DNA from: Narcine bancroftii | Lineage: Eukaryota | Length of the DNA: 64,000 nt | Reading direction: 5' to 3' | Assembly (NCBI RefSeq): GCF_036971445.1 | Contig: NC_091473.1 | Location: 40,114,001 to 40,178,000 of the forward strand | Part shown: in pieces, positions 48,352 to 61,299 of the stretch | Numbering within the stretch: position 1 is the stretch's first letter | Layout: every line of letters begins with the position of its first letter | Translations under genes and position numbers: made by a program | The notes under the pieces: model-generated | The model's database searches: none | Told to the model about the DNA's origin: nothing | The model's input: only the letters and a program-made list of their open reading frames with translations

Positions 48352-49429
48352 GTATTGGATTCATTTAAAATTAGAACCACAATATATTTATAAATTACAA
48401 TAAATTTCAATCTTTGAATAAAGCAAAACTAAAATCTTTCAGATAGCCCTGTGGCTGTGAGATTACACATGACTGTTCTTCAGCTTGATTCTGGTCCATG
48501 AACTTCAGGTGCACTGTTGTTGTCTTGACAGTTTGTGAACAGATTTGTTTTTTAAGTGAGTTACGTATCTCCACCAGGGAAGGCAGTGAATAGATACAAT
48601 AATGTTCCTACATAAAGAGGGAGGAATCTTACACAGTGACTAAACTCTGGCTGCTCTTTAGCAACATCCTAAAGGGCAGTCACAAAATTGCAAAGAAGGA
48701 TTAATTGACCTGGGACCAGGTCAAGTAGTCGAAAACAATATTATCACTTATTGTGCAGAGAACTGACAACTCAAGTCTATATGCCTCCGTTATATAGGGC
48801 ATCAGTGAAAACAAGTTCTGGAGTATTGTTTATACGTTTTCTTGGAGTTTTTCCAGAGTTCACTCCTAAAATATTGTCAGTATGATGCATCATAAATTTT
48901 ATGTTGTGAGATAAATGACATTCCTACTTTCTATGAAATGAAAGCATATTGGAACTGTTATGCTTGTTCTTTCAAGAAGAATGACTTTACATGGGTTTAA
49001 TGCTTCACCGACTTTATTTTCCTTGAGCTGTTTCCAGTGACCACACCTGCAACTTCCGTCATATATCGCTTCCAGTTTCTGCCCAACCTTGCGCATTGCA
49101 TGCTGGGGAATGTATTTCTTATTTATATGCATAATAACACAGGAACAAGCTAGTGGAGTTGCTGCCTTGCATCTCCAGCAATTCATGTTCTTCTCTGACA
49201 CCTGGCATTGTGGACTTTGTATATGTTTTGTCCAGGTGCTCCAGTTTTTTCCTCATATTGGTAGACTTAAAATTTGGTAGGTTAATTGGCAACTGTAAAT
49301 TACCCCTAATATGTAGGTGAATGTAGAATCTTGGAGGAGTTGATGGTAATGTGGGAAGAATGCAATGAGATTACTGTAGGTTTATTGTAAATGGGTAGTT
49401 GATGGTCAGTACAGAATCTATGCTGTTTC

Positions 49430-49541
49430 AAGTCAAATTCATCGTCATCTGACTGCACAAGTACAACCCGACGAAACACTCAGTGCAAAACACACAGACA
49501 CATGTAACACATGTATAGACAATGCATATGCAGGGCAATTA

Positions 49542-49585
<44 letters not shown>

Positions 49586-49900
49586 TTGTTTCATGAATAT
49601 GAGAGTCTCAGATGGTTAGTGTGAGCAGTTCCTGTGGTCGTTCAGCATTCTCTCTGCCCATGGGATTAAGCTGTTCCTCAGCTTGGTTTTCCATGTTGGG
49701 AGCAGCTGAAAGATGCTGTCTGTAGAGTGTAAGAGGTCCTCGATGATTTTGTGTACCCTCTCCATACAATGATCCTGGTAGATCACGTTGATTGGGGGGG
49801 GGGGGGGGGAGGAGGGGAGGGAGACTCCAGTAGTCTTCTTTTCCACTCTTATGGTCCTGTGGATTGACCTCCAATCCTTCTCTCTGCAACAACCCTACCA
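49430..49900 (-). mobile_element. Rex1-type LINE 3' end with (TA)n
   Basis: Same sequence family as 39580-39890. Confidence 0.7.
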
Positions 49901-50041
49901 TGATTTCATTTTAACTAAAGGCTCTGATGAAAACTCATTTTAAAATGAGTTCTTCTGATCATTCATTTTACCTGTTACTATAAAATATTGAAAGAGTATT
50001 GAATTGATATAAACAATATACTTAAACAAATATTTTCCCAG

Positions 50042-50214
50042 TTTCTCACTCTCGATCATGAAAGAAAGGAATCTCACAGTGACAATGGGAGATGGCATAA
50101 CATTTGTTATTGTGTTGCATCGCATCTGGAGAAAGCATCCTCAACACAGAGACTTCCTGGGATTTTATACACTTGACAGCCACAGGTTCTCAAATATAAC
50201 CCATGGATTACTGG
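50042..50214 (+). CDS. ITIH3: ITIH3-like gene 1 exon
   Basis: cag|T...G|gtatg. FSLSIMKERNLTVTMGDGITFVIVLHRIWRKHPQHRDFLGFYTLDSHRFSNITHGLL. Confidence 0.92.
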
Positions 50215-50972
50215 GTATGTGGAATATTAATTTCTTTAATTTCCTGACCAGTTAAGTAGACAGTGTTGTAATATACAGAAATTGAAATCCAACAAATATA
50301 AAACAAAATCACAGATAAAACTGATACAAATCAGTTTAATAATGAGGTAAAAACTTATTCAGGATATTAGCAGAACTCTCCCTGCTCTTTGAACGGTGTC
50401 ATTTAATTTTTTTGCTTTTTCAGCACAAAATATCTCAGTTTAGCATCTCATTGTGAAGAGTGTACCTCTGAGAGCATTGCATTTTCTGGTACCTCACTAA
50501 AGGGACAGATTCATTTGATGATTAACTGTCTGGAATTGCATTTAAACTAAAACTGAAATTTTATATCGTTACGTTTTTTAAACTACAATGTCGGGAAAAT
50601 AGTGTAAAAAATGAACATAATCACTGACCGTGTGGTCGTTCACACTGGGTGCCTTTTTAGACTGTGAGTACCTGAGTACAAACGTTCCGGTTGATGGTGG
50701 ATGACCGTCGATGAATTTTTCCAGTATGATTTACACTGCAGGCTTTCTCCAAAAAGTTGTAGGGGTCCTGCAGGATAAATCGTGGTGCAGGAATTGACTC
50801 AAAATTCCTGCACATTCCTTTTTAGACTGCCTGTATCGCGGCAAAATTCCTTGATTGTGCTGTTACATGCCTGCAGTCTCAAAACCATAAATGGCAAGAT
50901 TCATACGACTATTGTAGATTCACACTATTGTAATTTCTACACAGAATGGCTTTTACCTTTTTATTTACCCAG

Positions 50973-51084
50973 GTCAATTTTACCATGACATTGATGCTAA
51001 AGTATATAACATTCACTCGGGTTTAGATCCACAGAAACCAGATGCAACAATGGTTGTAAAAGGTCACAAACTCACAGTAACAAG
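50973..51084 (+). CDS. ITIH3: ITIH3-like gene 1 exon
   Basis: cag|GT...AG|gtaaa. [37 protein letters not shown]. Confidence 0.92.
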
Positions 51085-51204
51085 GTAAAAATCTTTATTT
51101 GCGGTTTCAAACTGATGCATCTTGGGATATGTTATTTAAAATGGTATTTCTGGATATTTTAATTTTCTTTATTAATTAAATGTACATTAATTTCTTTTCT
51201 TTAG

Positions 51205-51346
51205 AGGGTGGCAGAAAGATTACCGACTGGACTCAAAATGGGGTACCAATATCTCTTGCTGGTTTGTTCACAACAATGGGAAAGGCTTTATTGATGGAAT
51301 TTACACGGACTACATTGTCTCTTCTTTACTTGATTCATCAATGTAG
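51205..51346 (+). CDS. ITIH3: ITIH3-like gene 1 last coding exon
   Basis: tag|A GGG TGG...[52 protein letters not shown]. Confidence 0.92.
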
Positions 51347-51378
51347 TAAATATCTCATCAGATAATCACACAAAAATA

Positions 51379-51384
51379 ATTAAA
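51379..51384 (+). terminator. Candidate polyadenylation signal ATTAAA
   Basis: About 33 nt after the stop, followed by T/GT-rich sequence. Confidence 0.4.
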
Positions 51385-51827
51385 AGTAATTACAATTTTT
51401 AAAATATTGTTGTCATATATTTTTCGCACAGTTTATGTGGAAAAAAATTGGAATGTATTTCATTCTAAATCCAAACACTGTAGCTAGAAATTAGTCAGCA
51501 ATTGGCAGGCATGCTCTCTAATCAGATCATAGCACAGTCATAATGTCCTCATTATACAGCAGCCTAACCATACCTGCTACCACAGATAATTTAGCTTTAG
51601 ACAACAATCTGCAAGCCTCAGAACTGTAATGAATGCCGTGCTGCCCGACAAACTGTGATGGAACACGTCACGGGATTGTGCAAAAATGATTTTGCCACTC
51701 TGCAAAACTCAGTGAAATGAATCTCATGATTTGTCTGCTACTTGCTGCACTGTTTTGCTTTCATGGGGACTTGGCCACTCAATAGATTCAGCAACTGCAT
51801 TGTGGGAGAGCAAGTGAAAGTTGATAC

Positions 51828-52825
51828 TGTGACAGAATATAGATATGCTTAAGGGAGATAATTGGGCAGGTTTGTTAATGTAGGTCACATACAAACACTT
51901 TAAAACAGATCTTACTTAAAATACTGGAGCTAGACATGTTGGCCCCAGAGCCTTTGCTAAAGCTTTGGAGATTGCCCAAGAGACTTCACTAATGGATTAT
52001 TGTTTACAAAAAGGCAACAGATGAAAGAACTTGTTGGAGCTGCATACTGTTTGGAGTGGAACTTGCTGTTCTAAGAGGGTCAAGTGGTTTTACAAGCAGA
52101 GAGAGTCAAGCAGGTTTTTCTCTGAGAGAGGGAGAGAGACACTGAGATCTGTTCTGAGGTGATACAGTCAGCAGCAGCTGGGACTGGAACAGGACAAGCT
52201 GGCAAGCTTGTGGAAAAACCCCATTTGGAAGATGAGTTGTGGCTGCTTAGTTCAGCCTGATCAACGCCCTTGTGGCTCATGTAAGAGAAGAAGACTGGCT
52301 GTCTAATGTTTCCCTTGGAATAAGAGAAACAAAAAGGAACTCTATGGTGACCTGAAAGAAAGAGGTTATCATCTGGAAAACCCTGAGGGGGCCAATTTAT
52401 TCGGCAAGACACAAAAGTGACTGGTTAAAAAGGAATCAGTTTTGGGTGTCCAGTGTACAACAAATCTCTCTCTGAAAACTGACAAGAACCTTCCTGAGCA
52501 GTAACCATTCACCAAAGCTTGGTGAACTTCATAAATGTTCAATTCTGTGCACAGTATAAGAATTGCCTGCAACCAGTGAACTTGGAGGAATGAGAAGTGA
52601 GATTGGACAGTGAATCAAAGAACTTTTTTGAACTTACACACACATTACATGCATGTGCACTTAGAATTAGAAGTGGGTTAGGTTAGTTATATCAATAGTG
52701 ATCAGTTAAAGTGTGATTCTGTTTTCATGTTTAAAGATAATTAAAATCAACTTTTGTTGAAGTAACCATTTGTCTTGGTGAATGTCTATTGCTGCTGGGT
52801 TTTGGGATCTTCTAGGCTTGTAACT
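51828..52825 (+). mobile_element. Solo LTR (about 1 kb) with 4-bp TSD
   Basis: ATAC|TGTGAC ... TGTAACT|ATAC. Same family as 33600-34619. Confidence 0.85.
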
Positions 52826-53398
52826 ATACAGTTTGCCAGTTTTAGTTTAAATTGTTCATAACCAATTCCTCAGAACTAACTTCCATTGAACTCAACCAAA
52901 CTCCAGTTATCAATAGGTTTCTTTTTGCCTTCCTTCTTTTACTGACCAATGTGGCATCTGCTTTGCTTTCATTTAACACAATATCCAAAATGGATTCATA
53001 GATAAGAATGTGCCAGGTTTCATTCCCTTGTTCGTTCTTTTAGAATCTGTCTTCCAAATGCCTTACCTGGCTTGATTCTCCAATGTTAATGCTGTCTAAG
53101 GTACAGCATGGCTAGTGACAGGCTCCTGCCTCACTAGGGAACATGGCGAGGCTTTAGATGGTACGTTTCAATATGAACAGTTATAGTCTGAGCTTGCTGC
53201 TTTGCTGATGGACAACAGCGTGTGCCCCAGCAGAATATTTGTGATGGGATCACCCTGAGAGACAAGTCTATGATCTAGAAGAACAGCCACTCCACTAGAA
53301 GATTTCTGTACTGCTTTTTTAGATTGGAGACTCCTTTAAAACAGACATCCAGGGCTGTGATGCCAGCAGCAACTTGAGCACATTACTAGAGGTCTGAG

Positions 53399-56300
53399 TA
53401 AAAAAAAACCACACAGAAAATGCTGAAGGAAGTCAGTAGGTGTTGTAGTGTCCATTGGAGGTAAAGATATATTTCCAACATTTCTGGCCTGAGCCTTTCT
53501 TCAAGGTATAAGCAAAAAATATGAAGGCACCTGAATAAAGAGAAAAATGGCAGGGGAGGAGTCCAGACCATCAAAAGGTGTTAATTGGACATGATAAGGT
53601 GAAAGATGAGAATTGATTTTGGCTCTCTGAAAGGTGGCAGATGGGAAAGAGAAGAGAGAGACAGAGCTAGGGGGAAAAGCGACAGGGGAATAAGAAAGGA
53701 TGAGAGGTTTAATGGAAACTGGAGACATCAATGTGGATGGTGGGTGTCCAGACAAAAGATTAGGTTTACAGGTAGTCCCAGTCTGGCAGTGCATGAGGCC
53801 ATGGACAGACATGTTAGCAAGGGAATGAGATGGACAATTGAAATGAATGGCCACTGGGAGATCCACACTATTACACTGGACAAAGTCAAGGTGCTCAACA
53901 AAGTCTGTACCCAGTCTCTCTGATATAGAGGAGACCACAAAAGGAGCACTGGATACAGTAGAATGCACAAACAGATTCACAAGTAAAATGATGCTTTGCT
54001 TGGAAGGACTGTGGTGAGTCTGGGCACCCACCAACCAGATGGCATTCACATCGACTTCCAGTTTCTATTAAAAAGGACCCCCATTTCTTCCCCCTGTCAC
54101 CTATCCCCCAGCTCTGTCTGTCTCTCTCTCTCTCTTCCCTTTTCCCTCTGTCTCCTTTCACAGAGCCAAAATCAATTCTCACCTTTCCCTTTATTATGTC
54201 CAATTAGCACCTTTTGACTGTTGATCTGGATTCCTCCCCCTGCTAATCTTCAGTCTTTATTCTGATGCCGCCTTGTTTTTTTTTGCTTCTATCTTGAGGA
54301 AGGGCTCGGGCCTGAAACATTGGTGTGGAGGAAAATCTGAATACAAAGGGTTAGGGGTTCACCCATAAGTTGCTTACAAGAACATACAAGAGCCAGTTGC
54401 ATATTGCTTAAGTGGAGGCAGGGAACCTCAAGGTGCGATGTATCTGCAGACAAGCTTATCTGCAGACATGATAAACTTTGGAATTCTGTGAAACAATGAT
54501 TAAATTATTGCCAAATGTTGACAATGATAAACTATTGTCAGGTTAACCACAACAGGAAGCCCACATGCAGGACTGCACTGCCATTTATTGTACATAAACT
54601 CTGTTAAAACTGGCTGTGAGCAGAGCAAGCTCAGGCTGGGTGCTGGGCATGCTCTCCAAGGTATTTTGCTAATAAAACTCTTCCGAAGCATTACCCTGGT
54701 GTCGGTAGTTGATTCTTTCTCCGCAACAATCTGGCGGGGTTCCCTCCTTGTTGATCCAGAGATCAACATCCCATACCTAACTCCATTAAATAAATGTGTC
54801 CTTTTCTCCTCCCCTTCTAGCACTTTCAGCCACCTTTAACAACTTATATTGTACCTTTCTTTCAGTCTTCTCTATCTGCCATATTAGCCACTTAAGTTTT
54901 ATCCACAGGCATATAATCAGGAGTAACAGGGCAATAATCATACCGACGACTGGGTGCAGTCTTAGCTTTAGGGGACCAACCCTTAAAAACATTCCACCAA
55001 TGATGGGCAGAGAGCTGAGTGACCTGGTCTACAACCCGGATCAACTGTCCCTCCTTGTAAATTAAATCCACTCGGGCTTGACTAATTTTTTCATCAGGTG
55101 TGTAATTTGGTCATTTTCATTAATCAGTTTATCCAAATGGGTATAGTTAATAAGGTGAGTGAGGAGTTGCTGATGGTGTGCAATGTGATAATCTTCTACC
55201 TGCCTCCAGGTTTCCAATACAATCCACCCCTTGGAGGTCACACCACTCGCCATTCATGAGACAATCAATAACTATGTATGTTACAAGTCAAAACATGTAA
55301 AAAAGCAAAACTGATCAAGTGGGTCAATATATTCACTAGAGCCGTATGAATGCTGGACAAGGCACAAAGTCAAATTCAATGACAACACCTCACCAGTCCC
55401 TGCACACCTGATCAAACAGGGTTATTGTGTTACCAATGGGGCAGGGTGCTGTGGGAGCTGCTCCCCAGTGTCAGAGGGGAGGATAGTAAAAGGAATTTAT
55501 TTGGTCACCAACTCCTATGCTGGGTTCTCTGGCTTAGCTGGTAAATGTGAGCACCCTTACCAACGTCTGCGAGCAGGCAGTGCAAGGTCATCCATCTGGT
55601 GCGCATCCCGCACCTTGGCCTCATGCTTGTGTATTCTTCAGGCACAGAGCCCAGGTGCCTGTCACCGTGCTACCCCATGGTGAGGCAGGGGGCAGGCCAG
55701 CAGGTCTACATCTGGGATATACCTGGGGCATCTACTTTTCTGGGCTGATGTTTGACACAGGATGCCATTCCTGCTCACGTTCTCTTTCAACGGGGGCCCC
55801 AAGTGCCTGCATGGATCCCTGTAACGATAGTCAGGAGGAGTCAGGACAGAAAATTAGCCAATTTAGCATTTTTAAATAAAGGCTCCCACAGCCGCCACCC
55901 CATCAGGTGTTTTGTTTTTGTTAATGGGAGTTTCTGGGGTGAAGCCGTCATTGCAAAACAAAATATATACGATGTTTCCTACCTTGGTCTGATCATTGAC
56001 TGGTCAGCTCACAAACTGTAACTTTACATCCACAGACTGCGATTATGTATCTATAAATTTCAGTTTCTCTGAATGTACTTTATGCATTGTAAAAACCACA
56101 GCAAAACATGCAATTTTAAAGAAGTTGAAGGCTTGACAAGATAGAATGTCCAGTGATAGTTTCCAGACCAATAGCTGTTCTCTTGCTGATTTTACTTTGC
56201 ATAATACACCACAAACTGTCTTGTTGGTCAGTCGTCAGTTCGGTGTCACTGTCCAGGTCTTGCAAAATCATAAACAACTCTGAGGAAAATGTTGGTCGAT

Positions 56301-56648
56301 GTCCCGGTGTCAAACGGGTTGTAGCGAATGGTGGCACCAGGAGGAGATTTTGTCCTGAAGACTAGCAAGACTCTGCACCCTTGGATCTTCTGCCAGATTC
56401 CATTCAGCACCTGCCTTACTGGCCGACATCTGTAATTTAAAAGGAACACCTGCCTGGCAGGGGGCAAGGGGCAGTGCTTGTTCAGCAGCTTGCTTTGCTG
56501 TGTCAAAAGCAGCCTGTTGTTCTGGTTCCCATAATTGGTAATATATCTTTACCTCCTATGGATGGTGCGAGAGCAGCTGGGTTCCTCCAGAATTTCTGTG
56601 TGTTTTTACTACAATTACAACGTTTGCATGCTTTCGTGATTCACTCAG
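53399..56648 (-). mobile_element. Penelope-like element with inverted pseudo-LTRs and a 12-bp TSD, interrupted at 54324-56533
   Basis: GIY-YIG remnants (YCIQCSFCGLLYIRETG, PVAIHFN). Inverted arms 53399-53757 versus 54018-54323 plus 56539-56648. TAGAGGTCTGAG at 53387-53398 and 56649-56660. Confidence 0.8.
54324..56533. mobile_element. Endogenous retrovirus remnant: LTR (+, 54324-54728) plus inverted pol tether/env-like/PPT segment (-)
   Basis: LTR TGTGG...CAACA with AATAAA near its 3' end. Minus strand WEPEQQAAFDTAKQAAEQALPLAP...WQK...RYNPF, then SKISKR-TAIGL and a TM helix VVGMIIALLLLIICLWI. ATTGG on both flanks. Confidence 0.7.
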
Positions 56649-56955
56649 TAGAGGTCTGAGATTCCACAATAACAAAATGATATGGAGTGGTTTCTGCAGA
56701 AGCTGCAACAAAAACTGAAACTCAACTTGGTTGTAGCAATATGCTTGCATTTATCTGCCTGTGAGCAAATAGAATTACCCTCAACTTTTATTCTGGAGAG
56801 AAATGGCTCCAAGATCAACAAGGGATTTGTGCAGAGTTGGCCCTGATACACATGAAGGCACTCTAGCAGTCTGCCAACAGACCATATATTTTATCCTGGC
56901 CAACCATTAGACTTTGTCTGTAAGTTCTTACGTCAAAATTCCAATCCAAATACTA

Positions 56956-59640
56956 TGTGACCTCGCTGATACACCATCAACACCAGAAGACAGGAGTTGC
57001 AGGATGACAGGCTTTTAATACTATAAGACTTGGGCCATGCTCCTGTTCTGGCCTAATCCCAGCACTTGTACCGAGAGAGGGACTTGGTTTAACTGCCTTT
57101 ATTAGGGATTCCAAGGGGTGGAGTCACTGAGGGAAGGCAGAACAGTCATACATATGAACCAAACATACGCACAGTGCCAGTAATCAAGTAACAGTATACA
57201 GTGGTGTTTCCCAGAGTGGGTGGGGTGAAGTCCAGGCTCCACCACAAGTTCACCTAGTCTGGTGGTCTTCTGTTCCTTGTGAACTATCGTGATGCCAGCT
57301 GCGGTGCAGCTGCTGGTTCCCAGTGAGGTGGGAATATATCAGCAGTTGGTGTGCCTGGGGATGAGGGTGGGTTGGGCAGTGCGAGGGTCAGGGTGGGGTG
57401 GTGGGGATTGGCTGAGGAGGTCATAACAGCTTGTGCTTGGGTTGGAGTAGGGTGGGGGAAGGGGGTCAGTGGGTGTGACAGGTGGTTCTGGGTCAGTGGT
57501 AGTCTCAGGGTACCCTGTACAGGTCAGATCTTGGACAGACACTGTGTCCTCACGTATGTCTGGAGTAAGCCAGATAGGAGTAATGGGGGTTGGTGTGGAG
57601 GAGGTGGACCTTCTTGACCAGAGGTTTGGTCTTGTGGCCATGTACATGCCTCCTGAGCAGGACTGGGCCTGGGGACATCAGCCAGGACAGTAACATTGTC
57701 CCCAACGCTGATTTCCTAGGGAAGGAAAACAGTCTTTCACAAGGCGCAGCATTGGTGGCGGTAGTCGGGAGGGATCTGATTGCATGGAGGGTAGTGGGAA
57801 GGACTTCCTGCCACTGGGAGATGGGTAGGTCTCTGGACTTCAATGCTAGAAGGAACGCCTTCCATACCGTGGCTTTCTCCCGCTCCACCTGGCCATTCCC
57901 TCAGGGGTTATAGCTCGTTGTTCTGCTGGTTGCTATTGCCCTGTGTGAAAAGCTACTGTTGTAGCTTGTCGCTCATAAAAGTGGACCCCCGATCACTGTG
58001 GATGCAGCTCGGGTACCTGAATAGGGAGAAGAGCCCACATAGTGCCTTTTTAACAGTGGCTGTGGTCATATCTGGGCAGAGGATGGCAAAGGGGAAACTG
58101 GAGAACTCATCAACAATTTGAGGAAGTACAGGTTCCATTTGGACGAGGGCAGGGGCCCCTTGAAATCCACACTCAAGCGCTCGAGGGGGTCAAGAAGCCT
58201 TGATCAGATGTGACGTGTCTAGCCAGCGAAAAGATGGTTTGCATTCGGTGCAAACCCAGCAGTTTCTAGTCAGGGTCCGGATGTCCGAGATGGAGTAGGG
58301 GAGGTTTTTGGCCTTGACAAAAATGAAAAAGTCCAGTGACCCCAAGGTGGCAGAGATCATTATGGAGAGATTGGTGCTGGTTGGACTGCGAGCTGGTGCA
58401 CATCCCCCAGGTCAGTATAGGATGTTGTAATTATAGGTGGAAAGTCCTCTCCTCCACCTCAGGATTTTATCATTTTTGATTTTACTCCGCTGTTTGTTGT
58501 GGAACACGATTGTGACTGCACATTGGTCAGTCAGTAGGGTAAAGTGCTTAATGGCCAGGTAGTGCCTCCAGTGGCACACTGCCTCAATGACCACCTGGGC
58601 CTCCTTCTCAATGGAGGAGTGTTGGACCTCGGGACCATGGAGGGTGCAGGAGAAGAATGCTTCCTGTCTGCCCACTTTGTTGAGAGTGAAATCAGAGGCA
58701 TCGCTCTCCACCTGGAGAGGGGTGGGGGTGGACTCGTCCATAGCATGCATCATGGACTTGGTGATGACCCCTTTGATTCAGGTGAAGGCCTCCTGAGCTT
58801 CTGCTGGAAGTGGGAAGGATGTGGCTTTTACCGGGGTCAGGCCTTGATGGCACAATTGGGAATCCACTGTGCATAATAAAAGAAAAACCCAAGGCACCTC
58901 TTCAGGGCCTTGAGGCTGCAAGGCAGAAGTCGTTCCATCAGGAGCCGCATGCAGTTGGGATCTGGCCCAATGACACCGTGTTCCACATCGCAACTGAGAA
59001 GGGCCAGGCGAGATGTGCGGAACACACACTTTGCTTTGTTATAAGTGAGGTTGATGTCTTGTCCGTCTGGAGGAATTTCTCCTAGTTTGTATCATGGTCC
59101 TGATGTCATGGCCACAAATGGTCTTATTATCCAAGTATGTGAATATGTCCTTCAGCCCATGCTGGTCTACCATCTGGTCCATTTCCTGTTGGAAAATGGA
59201 GATCCTATTGATGACCCCGAAAGGGACTCTTAGGAAGTCATAGAGGCAACCATCTACCTTGAATGCAGTACACTGACGGTCCTCTGGGTGGATAGAGAGT
59301 TGGTGATTCACTGATTGTAAATCAATGGTAGAGAACACTTGGTATTGGGCAGGGAAGGGGGTAAGCATCTAGCTGCATGAACTGGTTAATAGTTTGACTG
59401 TAGTCAACAACCATGTAGAGTTTTTCCCCGTTCTTGACCACCATGACCTGTGCCCTCCAGGGGCTTATGGTTGTTGCACATCTGACTTGATAAATGCCCT
59501 GTCCCCCATGCTGTACCCCCTGCTCTTGCAGGTGATCAGTTTGCTGTCAGGAGTGAGGTTAGCGAACAGGAATGGGGGGTACCCGGAGGGTAGTCAGCCT
59601 GCAGGTCGGACGTGATGTTCCCATTGGTCACGTGTGGAGA
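56956..59640 (-). mobile_element. Decayed Gypsy LTR retrotransposon (RT, RNase H, integrase, 3' LTR about 56956-57246)
   Basis: FSTIDL...VPFGV...YLDN, VESDASD...YLAIKHFTLLTD, IVDEFSSFPFA...IHSDRGSTFMS. Confidence 0.85.
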
Positions 59641-59809
59641 GGAGGGCAGGCGGTTTAAAAATTGGTGCTAATAGACAGTATCTAAAGAAATGGAAGCCCA
59701 GAACATTGAGGTGCCATTCCTGCCCCTCCCTGCAACCAAGTTTCACTAGTGGCCACAATGTCATAATTCCACATGCCAATCCACGCTCTAAGCTTGTCTG
59801 TCTTTCCTA

Positions 59810-60680
59810 CAATACTACCTGCATTGAAATATATGCACTTTAGAAAATTTCCACCACACACACCTGTTGACTTCCAATGGTGCGTGTAATTTTCACAACA
59901 TCTTTTGCCTACTCCAATCTTCTTTCTGCTCTAGCACTCTGGTTCCCCTCCCCCTGCAAATCTAGTTTAAACCCACCGGAACAGCAGAAGCGAACCTTCC
60001 TGCAAGGATATTATTCCAACTCCTGTTCAGATGCAAACCATCCTGTCGGAACAGGTCCCACCTTCCCTGGACGAGAGCCCAGTGATCAAGAAACCTGGAC
60101 CCTTCCCTCCTACACCATGTCTTTAGCCATATGTCAAGCTGCATTAGCCTCCTATTTCTAACCTCATTAGCATATGGCATGGGTAGCAATCCTGAGATCC
60201 TGGATGTTTTTTTCTTCAACCTAATGCCTCACTCCCTGAACTCTCCTTGCAGGACCTCCTCACCCTTCCTACCCATGTCATTGGTCCCTATATGGACCAC
60301 AGCATTTGGCTGCTACCCCCCCCCCTCTTGAGAATGCCATGAACTTGACCTGAAATATCTTGCAACCTGGCACCAGGGAGGCCACATACCATCTGGGATG
60401 CTCAATCTCTTCCACAAAACTGCAGCTCTCCTCTTCTCCTCCCTTCCCTTCTTAGTCACAGGAGCAGATTCTTGCCAGAGACCTGATCTCCATGGCTTGA
60501 GACTGGTAGGTCATTCCCCACAACAATATCCAAAATGGTATACTTATTACTGAGGGGGGCAGCCACAGGCACTGCCTGCCTTTTCCCTTTCCTTCACCTG
60601 ATTGTCACCTATCTACCTTCCTTCCGCCTCCTAGGTGTGATAGTATCCCTGTAACTCCTTCTGCCTCTGAATGATCTAGA
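59810..60680 (-). mobile_element. CR1 ORF1 (SGNH esterase-like) fragment
   Basis: ISGLLP...WLKTWCRREG...DGLHLN. Confidence 0.75.
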
Positions 60681-61019
60681 GTTCATCCTACTCCAACTAC
60701 AGTTTCATCTGCTTCAAAGCTTTTATTATTGAACCAGAAATCAGCCACAGTGTTTTAGAGGTTTCTACCTCAAAGTAATGGGGAGCACGCAGTTAAAATT
60801 GACCAGTTGAGCAGCCAGTAATATCCTAAAGTCTTCCATTTTGCTTATTGAGCACATGACCCAACAACATGCCTAGTTTAGAACTGGTATACCTATTCAC
60901 TCAGATGCCTGTATTATACTGACTGTCATTTCATTGGCAAGACCTAGTGAAGCTTAAACATCTGTGGTTAAATTAATTCAGTGGATTATTGAGTATATAT
61001 GTAGACTATTCTTTGAGCT

Positions 61020-61200
61020 AGTCAGATTGCACAATTTGCCTGAAACCACTGTTTGCTTCAAATATTTTGATTGTTTGCATTGCATAATCCATCAGGTCAA
61101 CACTCTGTTAGTTTTAAGAGGAGAGTCATTGCAGCGATTGCTTATTAACAGATCTGAGGATAAAACCAGATTTCTTGCAACTTCTGTTGATAAAGGAGCA
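61020..61200 (+). promoter_or_regulatory. Candidate liver-type proximal promoter of gene 2
   Basis: C/EBP-like ATTGCACAAT at 61026-61035 and ATTGCATAAT at 61079-61088. FOXA-like TGTTTGC at 61050 and 61072. HNF1-like GATTGCTTATTAAC at 61136-61149. Confidence 0.55.
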
Positions 61201-61209
61201 TTTTTCAAA

Positions 61210-61299
61210 ATGAAAACAATGTTGCACTACTTTTTACTAATTTCTATTCCAGTATTAATATCTTCTGAATTCATTGCAACAGGATCTGACCACCATAAG
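61210..61299 (+). CDS. ITIH3-like gene 2 exon 1 (signal peptide)
   Basis: ATG...AAG|gtaaag. MKTMLHYFLLISIPVLISSEFIATGSDHHK. Confidence 0.8.

Noticed and set aside
48560-49140. Possible coding remnant on the minus strand
   Set aside because: I could not recognise any motif in the frames I translated.
49915-49950. CTGATGA as a hammerhead core (also at about 8829 and 34046)
   Set aside because: No stem II followed by GAAA in the right spacing.
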